Origin: a virus
Lineage: Duplodnaviria > Caudoviricetes
Length of the DNA: 24,517 nt
IMG/VR virus record: IMGVR_UViG_3300040985_001197
Location: 1-24,517 of that record
Strand: one strand, 5' to 3'
The translations under genes were made by a program, and so were the position numbers. The notes beneath the pieces are model-generated. The model had not been told where the DNA came from. It ran no database searches and saw nothing but the letters and a program-made list of their open reading frames with translations. Below are positions 17,556 through 24,516 of this stretch, one piece after another; the stretch's first letter is position 1, and each line of letters starts with the position of its first letter.

Positions 17556-17613
17556 GGGCCGCGCCTCGCCGGGCAGGGTGCGAGTAGACTACCAGCGCAA
17601 CGATCAGAGGTGA
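17543..17613 (+). promoter_or_regulatory. Putative late promoter/leader element, copy 2
   Basis: CTCGGCG (17543), TATAAGGGCCGCGCC (17551-17565), CGCCGGG (17567), TAGACT (17585-17590), GCGCAAC (17595-17601), GAGGTGA (17607-17613), ATG 17617. Confidence 0.7.
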
Positions 17614-17616
17614 CGC

Positions 17617-18690
17617 ATGGCAGACATCAGCAAGGCCACAGCCAATATCATCGACTGGACCGGCACCGATGGTGCGGACGATGAGCCTGCTGTCAACGCG
17701 CTGCGCCGTGCGGCGAACACCACGTTCCTGCACGTCGATGGCACCAACCCGGCCACCGGCCCGCAGGGCTTCGGCACGCTGACGAACCTCACCGTGGCGA
17801 CCGGCGCTATCACGCCGACGCTGAGCGTCCACACTGTGGGCACCGAGGCGGCCGCGGCGCAGGACGACCTGGACACCATCACGGCGACCAACTTCGTCAC
17901 GGGCGACTTGCTCATCCTGCGCGCGAAGAACGGCAGCGAGCGCGTCACGCTGAAGGACAACACCGGCAACATCCAGACCCCGGGCGCTGAGGACGTCGAG
18001 GTGGGCAACGCTGCGGACGATGCAGTCATGCTTCAGTACGACGGGACCAACTTCCGCGTCATCGCCATTGGGCACGCCGCGGTCGGCTCCAACTCGCCCG
18101 GCCTCATGTCCATCGCCGACAAGGACAAGGTGGACTTCCTCACCGTCACGGGCGCTACCGACCTCGACGCCATCAAGACCAAGAGCGACTTCCTCACGCT
18201 CACCGGAGCGGTCTCCCTCGACGTCACCGCCGAGAGCTTCGCGCTCACCGACTCGGACACTGCGGCCAGCGCTGGCACCGCGGTCTCCGGCCTCGTGGGC
18301 AACGGCGCGCTGCTCGCGCTGTACTCGGTCAACGCGGGCACCGCGACCGTGGCAGTGGCTGCGACTGGGGACACGGACAACGTGCCGATGTCCTACAACC
18401 CGGACCCGCCGACGAACCTGGGCACCGTGCTCATCTACGTGGACGAGGACGCGGGCGGCGCGTCCAAGCTGGTGATGAACAACCCGCTGGCCATCACCAC
18501 GTACATCGCCACCACAGATGGGCGCCTGCTGCCTGTGGCGCACGACGCGAGCGCGAGCAGCAACGGCGTGCAGCTCTACGTCGACGACAACGGCGCGACC
18601 GACGCGCAGTTCCTCTTCGTCTCCCCGACGGACACGTCCGCAGCACAGGCTGTCATCACCAACCGGACCCTCTTCACGGGCGCGGGCTAG
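17617..18690 (+). CDS. Fibre / decoration-type virion protein (357 aa)
   Basis: LTVATGAIT...HTVGTE...DDLDTI...LLILR...LQYDGTNF domain and the GLMS.ADK.K.D motif are typical of phage fibres. Internal repeat KVDFLTVTGA / KSDFLTLTGA. Strong codon bias. Confidence 0.65.
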   Translation: MADISKATANIIDWTGTDGADDEPAVNALRRAANTTFLHVDGTNPATGPQGFGTLTNLTVATGAITPTLSVHTVGTEAAAAQDDLDTITATNFVTGDLLILRAKNGSERVTLKDNTGNIQTPGAEDVEVGNAADDAVMLQYDGTNFRVIAIGHAAVGSNSPGLMSIADKDKVDFLTVTGATDLDAIKTKSDFLTLTGAVSLDVTAESFALTDSDTAASAGTAVSGLVGNGALLALYSVNAGTATVAVAATGDTDNVPMSYNPDPPTNLGTVLIYVDEDAGGASKLVMNNPLAITTYIATTDGRLLPVAHDASASSNGVQLYVDDNGATDAQFLFVSPTDTSAAQAVITNRTLFTGAG

Positions 18691-18696
18691 ACCCAC

Positions 18697-19041
18697 ATGA
18701 TGGCTGACCTGGAGATGCTCAAGAGCCTGCGGACCACGTTTGCGCACGAGAGCGTCGCCGACGCTGCGACCGAGACGGCTACGCTGCCGACCGGGACGAT
18801 CGCGTGGGGCATCAAGAACCTCGACGCCACGGGTTCGGTCACGCTCGGGCACGACGCCACTGACGTGGGCGCCACCGAGTATTGGACGCTCGAGCCTGGC
18901 GAGGCGCTGCACTTCGATGGGGCCGGCGGCGCGGCGAAGACGCTCAAGATCAAGAACGCCAGCGGCGGCGCGGTCATCGTCGAGATGTATGCCACCTACC
19001 TGAGCCCGACCGCAGCGAAAGCCGCGCTGCTGATCGCGTAG
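18697..19041 (+). CDS. Small beta-sandwich virion protein (114 aa)
   Basis: IKNLD..GSVTLG...WTLEPGEAL pattern. Lies within the fibre module. Confidence 0.5.
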   Translation: MMADLEMLKSLRTTFAHESVADAATETATLPTGTIAWGIKNLDATGSVTLGHDATDVGATEYWTLEPGEALHFDGAGGAAKTLKIKNASGGAVIVEMYATYLSPTAAKAALLIA

Positions 19042-19043
19042 CC

Positions 19044-19751
19044 GTGGGCGCTGTAGCCCGGCGCAGGGCAACGCCGAGGCGCTGGCGCTCGCGCTGCACG
19101 TTCGATGGGGCAGAGGAGTCGATCCAGATCAACGGGCTGGGCTCGTTGCTGGACTCGGGCACGCTGGTCGTTTCCTGCTGGTTCCAGCTCGCAGACCTCA
19201 ACGACGCGCTCTACTCGTGGGGCGACGCGGCCGACGGTGGCGAGGTCACCATGCGCTCGCTATCCACGACGGGTGTGCTGCGCGTGACCGTGCGCAACGA
19301 CGCGGACAGCGGTGACACTGAGGATGTCCGTGGTCTCGTCGCCGTCAACGACAGCACGTGGCGCCATCTGTGGGCCGTGTGGGAGCAGACGCAGGTGTCA
19401 TGGTGGCTCGATGGCGTGCGCGACAACCCGACGAACCCCGTAGACGCGCTGGTCAAGACGACCACGACCGTGGACGAGTTCGTCTTCGGCGCCCGCCACC
19501 GCGGCGCGAGCCCGTATCAGACGAACCTAAACGGCAGCCTCGCCAACGTGGTGATCTTCACAGCCGACCCGGGCGCTGCCGTGCGCAACCGCATGCTGGC
19601 CCGGGGCCGCTTTGCTGATCCTCGCTGGGCCGACCCGCAGTATTGGTTCCCGCTGGGACCGGGCGACACCGCGCCGACCGTCACAGACATCATTGGTAGC
19701 GTGGCTGGCACCATGATCAACATGGCTCAGGGCAACCTGGTGGCGCCATGA
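19044..19751 (+). CDS. LamG / concanavalin A-like lectin-domain protein (235 aa)
   Basis: TFDG....I, VSCWF, VNDSTWRHL.AVW, WWLDGV, FVFGA and LNGSLANVVIF motifs. Start reassigned to GTG 19044, just after the previous stop. Confidence 0.82.
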   Translation: MGAVARRRATPRRWRSRCTFDGAEESIQINGLGSLLDSGTLVVSCWFQLADLNDALYSWGDAADGGEVTMRSLSTTGVLRVTVRNDADSGDTEDVRGLVAVNDSTWRHLWAVWEQTQVSWWLDGVRDNPTNPVDALVKTTTTVDEFVFGARHRGASPYQTNLNGSLANVVIFTADPGAAVRNRMLARGRFADPRWADPQYWFPLGPGDTAPTVTDIIGSVAGTMINMAQGNLVAP

Positions 19752-19972
19752 GAAAGCTGTACGTCGAGGTCAAAACGAAGGACGCGGCCCGATTCATGGC
19801 AGCGCCGGGCGCTATCACCACGCAGCCACGCGAGCGCACCAAGGGCAAGCGCTGCATCATCAGCCTGCGCCCTGAGTGCGCCGAGCAAGAGCCGTGGGCG
19901 AGCGCTGGGCCTATGAACGTGGAGGCTGTGCGGCTGCTGCTAGCGTCGGCGCACTACACCGAGCGCGACTAA
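19748..19972 (+). CDS. Hypothetical protein (74 aa), possible fibre assembly factor
   Basis: ATGA and TAATG overlaps on either side. The function is guessed from its position after the LamG gene. Confidence 0.6.
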   Translation: MRKLYVEVKTKDAARFMAAPGAITTQPRERTKGKRCIISLRPECAEQEPWASAGPMNVEAVRLLLASAHYTERD

Positions 19973-20742
19973 TGGCCCGCCCGTTGCTGCACATCGGCGA
20001 CCGGGGCGACGCTGTACGCGAGCTCCAGGCGTTGCTTGGTGTGGCCACTGATGGGATCTTCGGCTCGGACGTGCGCGATGCTGTGCGCGATGTGCAGGAC
20101 CGGGCGGGGCTCGCGCGCGATGGGCTGGTGGGGCCGGCAACGTGGCGAGCGCTGGCCGGTGACGATGGCGCCATTGAGCCCGACGGCGCGTCACCCATGC
20201 AACGTGGTGGCGTCCCGTTCGCTGAGCCGACTGGCAGGTTCTGGCCGGTGCAGACGTTGCTGCCGAGCAAGTACGAGGTCGCGTACCGGGGCGAGGATCG
20301 CGTGTATCGTGGCCGCGCCGGCCGGGCGTTCTGGGCTCGGCGTGGGGTCAGCAGTAAGAACGGGCTACGGCGTCGCCACATCGGGATCGACCTGTGGGCA
20401 GACGAAGGCGACGTTGTGATCGCTCCAGAGGATGGGACCATCACGCGAGCTCGCGCGTACTACCGTGGTACGGACGCGCTGCTGCTCCAGACGGATGGTG
20501 GGATCGTTCTGGGGCTGTGCGAGGTGCGCGCCCGCTCGTGGGAGGCGTTCGGGCTGGAGGCCGGCTCGCGCGTGGCGGGCGGTGAGCCCGTGGCCGTGGT
20601 GGGCAAGATGCGGGTGTCAAGCATGCTGCACGTGGTGACGTATGCGCAGGGCACCACGAAGCACCTGCACGCCTACGACGGCGCGGCGGTCAACCCTGCG
20701 CTGCTGGACCCGTCCAAGTATCTTCTGGCCCTGGTGCGCTGA
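19972..20742 (+). CDS. Endolysin: PG_binding_1 domain plus M23-family peptidase (256 aa)
   Basis: GDRGDAVRELQ..L...DGIFG....AVR.VQ...GL..DGLVGPATW, then HIGIDL...G..VIAPEDG.I, V.GGEPVAVVG, MLH and DPSKYL. Start at the TAATG overlap 19972. Confidence 0.88.
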   Translation: MARPLLHIGDRGDAVRELQALLGVATDGIFGSDVRDAVRDVQDRAGLARDGLVGPATWRALAGDDGAIEPDGASPMQRGGVPFAEPTGRFWPVQTLLPSKYEVAYRGEDRVYRGRAGRAFWARRGVSSKNGLRRRHIGIDLWADEGDVVIAPEDGTITRARAYYRGTDALLLQTDGGIVLGLCEVRARSWEAFGLEAGSRVAGGEPVAVVGKMRVSSMLHVVTYAQGTTKHLHAYDGAAVNPALLDPSKYLLALVR

Positions 20743-21257
20743 TGCCGCCGACCAACCCAGTGCTGGACGCGATGGCGACGGCAGCCGTGGCCGATGGCTT
20801 CGAGGACGTGTGGGGAGAAACCCACCGCGAAGTGGGACATGTCCCACTTGCTGCCGCGCCGGTAGCGCAGGCTGTAGCCCAGCCCGGTGGACGCCGGGCA
20901 ATGGTGGTGCGCGTGCTGAGGTGGGCTGAGAACAATCAAGCGCTCGCTATCGCGCTGCTGGCTGCGGGGCTGTTCTTGTGGTGGGCCGGTGCGCTCACCG
21001 GCATCGTCAAGCAGACCACTGGCGTCGACCTCCCGCCCCCGCCGACCACCATCACGGCGCACGCGGACGTGGACATGGAGCCCATCACCGATGGGTTGAC
21101 CACGCTCACGGCGTCAATCAACGGGCTCATCGTGGTATTGGATGCGCGAGCGAAGGCCGCCGAGGCCACCGCCAGCAGCACGCTTGAGACGCTGGCAGCC
21201 ATTGAGGACTCGCTGGAAGACATGCAGGAAAACGGCATCAAGCGGAGGCGGAGGTGA
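20742..21257 (+). CDS. Lysis-cassette membrane protein (single TM plus coiled coil; holin or spanin candidate, 171 aa)
   Basis: TM ALAIALLAAGLFLWWAGALTGIV, Pro linker, heptad region and basic C-terminus KRRRR. Coupled to the endolysin. Confidence 0.5.
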   Translation: MPPTNPVLDAMATAAVADGFEDVWGETHREVGHVPLAAAPVAQAVAQPGGRRAMVVRVLRWAENNQALAIALLAAGLFLWWAGALTGIVKQTTGVDLPPPPTTITAHADVDMEPITDGLTTLTASINGLIVVLDARAKAAEATASSTLETLAAIEDSLEDMQENGIKRRRR

Positions 21258-21292
21258 TGCAGATCCTATGGGGCTACGGGACGTGCCGATGA
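21257..21292 (+). CDS. Possible 11-aa coupling minigene MQILWGYGTCR
   Basis: TGATG overlap at the start, ATGA overlap at the end, and GGAGG (21244-21248) 8 nt upstream. Confidence 0.35.
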   Translation: MQILWGYGTCR

Positions 21293-21621
21293 CCTGGCTT
21301 CGCAAATGGTACGGCGCCATCATCGCCGGCCTGGTGGCCGTGCTCTACTTCGTCCTCCGCAACAAGAGCGACGCGCAGCGCCACGCCGACATGGCCGAGG
21401 CTCAACTTAGGGTTGAGTACGAGGAGCGCAAAGAGCGCGAGCGGCTCAAAGGGCTGCGGGACATGGAGGCAGCGAGGCACGAGGATGCCGTGGCGGCTAT
21501 CGTGCGCGACGCCAAGCTGCGCGCGGCGCAGGTGGCGGCGGACCGCAGCAAGGTTGCCACGGTTGCGAAAGGTGGCGACGCTGGTGCCGATGCGCTGGGC
21601 GAGTTGCTGGGCAGTGACTAG
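21289..21621 (+). CDS. i-spanin (Rz)-like protein: N-terminal TM plus coiled coil (110 aa)
   Basis: MTWLRKWYGAIIAGLVAVLYFVL followed by a charged helical region. Alternative in-frame start at ATG 21268. Confidence 0.55.
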   Translation: MTWLRKWYGAIIAGLVAVLYFVLRNKSDAQRHADMAEAQLRVEYEERKERERLKGLRDMEAARHEDAVAAIVRDAKLRAAQVAADRSKVATVAKGGDAGADALGELLGSD

Positions 21622-21741
21622 CGCCGCCTTGACAGCGCCAGGCGTGGCTGCCACCGTAGCAAGCGTTCGCTTGGGACAATGGCGGCGGTTGATGATGGGT
21701 GTTGCTGCACCCGAGCACGAGGACGAGGCTGGGTGACTAGC
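21614..21741 (+). repeat. 9-bp direct repeat GTGACTAGC (21614-21622 and 21733-21741) bracketing a 40-aa ORF (21614-21736)
   Basis: Exact match 119 nt apart, with GCTGG just upstream of both copies. Confidence 0.75.
21629..21657 (+). promoter_or_regulatory. Possible sigma70 promoter
   Basis: Perfect TTGACA (21629-21634), 17 nt spacer, weak -10 CACCGT (21652-21657). Confidence 0.4.
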
Positions 21742-22119
21742 CTCGTCCTCGTCGTACTGCTCGTCGGTGCGCCGCCCGTTTGGCTCGAGCCCGGCGGCTG
21801 CGCCGAGGCCGGCGGCTACCTACTCAGCGTCGCTGACGCTACCCAGTGCGGACAATCGTTGGTCGACCTCCGCGAGTGCAAGGGCCAGAACCTGACGGCG
21901 AGCGCCGAGTGTGATGAGAGCCTGCGCTACCGGGCTGAGCTGCATGACATTGACCGGAAGGCTCTGGGCGTATGCCGCGGCAAGCTCCTCGACCCACGCC
22001 GGGGCCAGCCCGAGGTCATCTACCAGACCCGTCCCGGCTTCATCATCGCTGCCGCTGTGCTCGGGGTGGCCGTCGGATTCTGGGCTGGGCTCGAGGTCGG
22101 GCAGGCGCTTCGGCAGTAG
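21733..22119 (+). CDS. Exported/membrane protein with signal-like N-terminus and C-terminal TM (128 aa), spanin-partner candidate
   Basis: GTG start VTSLVLVVLLVGA, five Cys in a helical middle, and C-terminal GFIIAAAVLGVAVGFWAG. No lipobox. Confidence 0.55.
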   Translation: MTSLVLVVLLVGAPPVWLEPGGCAEAGGYLLSVADATQCGQSLVDLRECKGQNLTASAECDESLRYRAELHDIDRKALGVCRGKLLDPRRGQPEVIYQTRPGFIIAAAVLGVAVGFWAGLEVGQALRQ

Positions 22120-22485
22120 GTGTAGCAGGCCCTCAACCGCAGCCTTCCGGTTGCTGCTGTACCGGGCGTAGTCGCCGCATTCGAACGTGAACCCAGAAGG
22201 CTCGTGCCGTGCGCGACAGCCCACGCCGCCCTCGTTGACTCCTTGATGCCTCGCCCGGTAGGCGGTGGTTGTGATGTCGTCCATTGTGTCTCCTCGCGGA
22301 TTGGGGGCGCGCTCCAGCCCTAGCCAGCAGCCGTCTGCCCCACACGCTCGGCATACGGTGGACCCGTCGCTCCGCAGGTAGACCTCGTGCCGGCCCTTGC
22401 GCCACTCGGCGGGACAGGGGTCGCGGAGTGGGTCAGGAGTGGCGTCGGATGGCGCGCACTCGCCGTCGTTGTAGACGTCCATCAC
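21820..22485 (-). CDS. Cys-rich N-terminus fused in frame to a release-factor (RF-1 / peptidyl-tRNA hydrolase)-like domain; strong internal start at 22284
   Basis: DDITTTAYRARHQGVN....CRARHEPSGFTFECGD.....NRKAAVEGL aligns by eye with RF domain 3. GAGGAG lies 5 nt before ATG 22284. The last 300 nt overlap the convergent gene. Confidence 0.6.
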   Translation of the reverse strand: MMDVYNDGECAPSDATPDPLRDPCPAEWRKGRHEVYLRSDGSTVCRACGADGCWLGLERAPNPRGDTMDDITTTAYRARHQGVNEGGVGCRARHEPSGFTFECGDYARYSSNRKAAVEGLLHLLPKRLPDLEPSPESDGHPEHSGSDDEAGTGLVDDLGLAPAWVEELAAAYAQSLPVNVMQLSPVAQALITLGARRQVLALALAEVDQRLSALGSVSDAE

Positions 22486-22961
22486 TCATCTCCTGGCAGG
22501 TCCAGCGGCTCGCTGCGCCCACACATGAAGCAGCACCGCTCCTCGCTGCGGTAGGCACGGGGCAGCAGCGTATCGCACGACTCGCAGACGAACAGTCCGG
22601 CAGCCTCGTCGACCGTGCCGGTGGGGACGGGCCTGCCTCGCTCCCAGCCAGGGGCGCTCTCGACTAGACCAGACCCGTAGCACCGGGCGCACGGCGGGCA
22701 GCGCCGGCCGTCCCGGCGGGTGCCAGTGCCGCCACAGGTGATGCACATGGCTGTGGCGGCTTGCTCGGCTGAGCACATGCACCGCCACGGTGGGTGCGGG
22801 TGGTTGGGGCGCTTGCCGCATGTGGGGCAGGTGGGATCAGGGGCGCGCTCGACTGAGCCGGTGCCCATGCACTGGTCGCACCACGTCTGTAGTCCGCAGG
22901 TATGTATCTCACCCGTCCCGTCGCACATGCCGCACGGGTCATGCTGGGGCTTGCTGTCCAT
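22482..22961 (-). CDS. Multi zinc-finger protein with DnaJ-type CxxCxGxG repeats (159 aa)
   Basis: CGMCDGTG, CDQCMGTG, CITCGGTG and CARCYGSG, plus CPTC/CMC and CESC/CFMC. GGAGG upstream. Confidence 0.8.
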   Translation of the reverse strand: MDSKPQHDPCGMCDGTGEIHTCGLQTWCDQCMGTGSVERAPDPTCPTCGKRPNHPHPPWRCMCSAEQAATAMCITCGGTGTRRDGRRCPPCARCYGSGLVESAPGWERGRPVPTGTVDEAAGLFVCESCDTLLPRAYRSEERCCFMCGRSEPLDLPGDE

Positions 22962-23213
22962 CTACTTATCCTCCTCGTCGCCGATGTAGAACAGCGCGAC
23001 GACGACAGCAGCGCACGCCAGGATGGCCCACACAACAGCCGTGCCCGCGTCTCCGTGGTGGTGGGTAGCGTTCACGCAGTCGTGGCCGTGCAGGTCGATG
23101 CCCGCGATGCAGGACGCCGCACAGGCAAAGGGGACCATCAGCGCTACCTTGCCTGCAGTAGGCCGGAGGAAGTCAACGACGCCCCAGCAGAGGAGTCCGA
23201 GGATGCTGCCCAT
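22962..23213 (-). CDS. Small membrane protein (83 aa)
   Basis: Two to three hydrophobic segments around a His-rich loop (HGHDCVNATHHHG). Start at 23213 chosen from SD spacing. Confidence 0.6.
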   Translation of the reverse strand: MGSILGLLCWGVVDFLRPTAGKVALMVPFACAASCIAGIDLHGHDCVNATHHHGDAGTAVVWAILACAAVVVALFYIGDEEDK

Positions 23214-23214
23214 G

Positions 23215-23412
23215 CTACTCATCCTCCGGCAGCATCATGCCAGTCAGCCTGTAACGCTCATGGCGCACGCTACAGCGCTCCGCGAAGCACACCTCGTGGG
23301 CAGGCCGCCGCTCATAGAGCGCTTCCCCCTCGTCGCCACTGGCGTAGAACGTGTGGATCGTGACCTCATCGCCAGCCTCAAGCGCGCCCTCGCACAGAAA
23401 ACAGGTGTTCAC
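23215..23412 (-). CDS. Small putative zinc-binding protein (65 aa)
   Basis: CFLC...HEVC ligand pattern, SD and GTGA overlap. Confidence 0.65.
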   Translation of the reverse strand: MNTCFLCEGALEAGDEVTIHTFYASGDEGEALYERRPAHEVCFAERCSVRHERYRLTGMMLPEDE

Positions 23413-23705
23413 GTCTCATCCTCCAGCATCCGCTCGGCTCGCCGCAATGCGCGCAGCCTCTGCACCATGCTCTCAGTGCCAGCGGGGTGGGTCAGCAGGG
23501 CGATGTAGCAGTTGAGGACGCTCACAGCGGAGTAGTCCTTCCGCTGCTGGGCTTCGGACGACAACCGCGAGGCCGCTGCGGCCGTCGGCCAGAAGCACCG
23601 AAGCGCGGCGCAGTCCTTGTCGAACGCCCACCGCTCGATGGTGTTCCCCGCGTACTGCCGTTCGATGGTCTCGGGCGGCGCTCCCTCTGGTCTACTCTTC
23701 GGCAT
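23409..23705 (-). CDS. Hypothetical protein (98 aa)
   Basis: GGAGG 6 nt before ATG 23705. Tiles with its neighbours. Confidence 0.62.
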   Translation of the reverse strand: MPKSRPEGAPPETIERQYAGNTIERWAFDKDCAALRCFWPTAAAASRLSSEAQQRKDYSAVSVLNCYIALLTHPAGTESMVQRLRALRRAERMLEDET

Positions 23706-24156
23706 CGTCATCCTCCAGCGCGCGGTCGCACGCGGCCGCAGCGAGGTCGCGGCCCTCGCTCGGCGGGTGCGTGGCCAGCTCGTCGCGGAACTCGGCGAGG
23801 GTGATGGGCACCCTGCTACACGGGGCGATGGCGCGGGTGTGGTGGATCAGCCATGCCGCGTGCTGGCGCTGGCGCTCGGCCTCCAGCGCAGCCGTCATCT
23901 CAGCGGTGCAGGCCGGGCAGAAGCACTTGCGTCCGTAGGCCACGACGTCGGCGCGGCTCACGGCTACCTCCGGCGGCGTAGCCGCCACGCACTCAGGCCG
24001 GCGCAGTAGGGTGTCGTCCTGGCCGTCCAGCTCGCCCCAGATGGCGCACTCCCAGCGCACCATGCGCCGGACCCTGAGCATCGGGCAGCCTGGCGCCTGC
24101 GCGTGGCAGCCGGTCTCGCTGGTGTGCGGCAGGTTCAGCCGGATAGCGCGGCTCAC
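23692..24156 (-). CDS. Hypothetical Cys-rich protein (154 aa)
   Basis: C..CP.L...CAIW...RRPEC pattern plus CFCPAC. SD and GTGA overlap. Confidence 0.62.
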   Translation of the reverse strand: MSRAIRLNLPHTSETGCHAQAPGCPMLRVRRMVRWECAIWGELDGQDDTLLRRPECVAATPPEVAVSRADVVAYGRKCFCPACTAEMTAALEAERQRQHAAWLIHHTRAIAPCSRVPITLAEFRDELATHPPSEGRDLAAAACDRALEDDDAEE

Positions 24157-24341
24157 GGCGCATCCTCCGGTAGCGTGACGATGGCGTCAGCCCGCTGCCA
24201 ATCAGCATGGACGCGCTCGGCGTCACCCATTGAGCCGCCCCCTGCGTCGTGGCCGATGTGTGCCCTTGCCGCCCGCACGCAATCCCGCAGCCGCTCGACC
24301 TCCGCTCTGAGGGCTAGGATCTCGTCGGTGTGGTCAGCCAT
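24153..24341 (-). CDS. Hypothetical protein (62 aa)
   Basis: GGAGG upstream. DEILALRAEVERLR heptad is typical of small phage early proteins. Confidence 0.68.
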   Translation of the reverse strand: MADHTDEILALRAEVERLRDCVRAARAHIGHDAGGGSMGDAERVHADWQRADAIVTLPEDAP

Positions 24342-24516
24342 CGTAAGCCTCCAGCAGCAACTTTAGGTGGCACCCATCGTTGCAGTGGTACGGGTGGGGG
24401 CCAGGGCGCTCGGGTGTCGTTGCGCCCTGGCAGTTAGGGCAGCGGCTCGGGTCGTCACGCAGCAGGAGCAGCGCGACGACCTGAGCGCGGAGTTGGTGGG
24501 CGGTCTGGCGGTAGAC
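24334..24516 (-). CDS. 3' part of a gene running in from beyond the window (CPNC...HC...C)
   Basis: Hand translation VYRQTAHQLRAQVVALLLLRDDPSRCPNCQGATTPERPGPHPYHCNDGCHLKLLLEAYDG*. The stop overlaps the next start. Confidence 0.6.
   Translation of the reverse strand, partial: VYRQTAHQLRAQVVALLLLRDDPSRCPNCQGATTPERPGPHPYHCNDGCHLKLLLEAYDG

Noticed and set aside
17473-19071. 532-aa minus-strand ORF
   Set aside because: Antisense shadow of the strongly biased fibre genes, with no SD or domain features.
13271-19751. Diversity-generating retroelement or invertible fibre cassette
   Set aside because: No reverse transcriptase, recombinase, TR/VR-like repeat pair or flanking inverted repeats were found in the window.
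23748-23756. Partial minus-strand match AGGGCCGCG to the late element
   Set aside because: It is almost all GC, lacks the informative ATA, and lies inside a CDS, so chance is likely.
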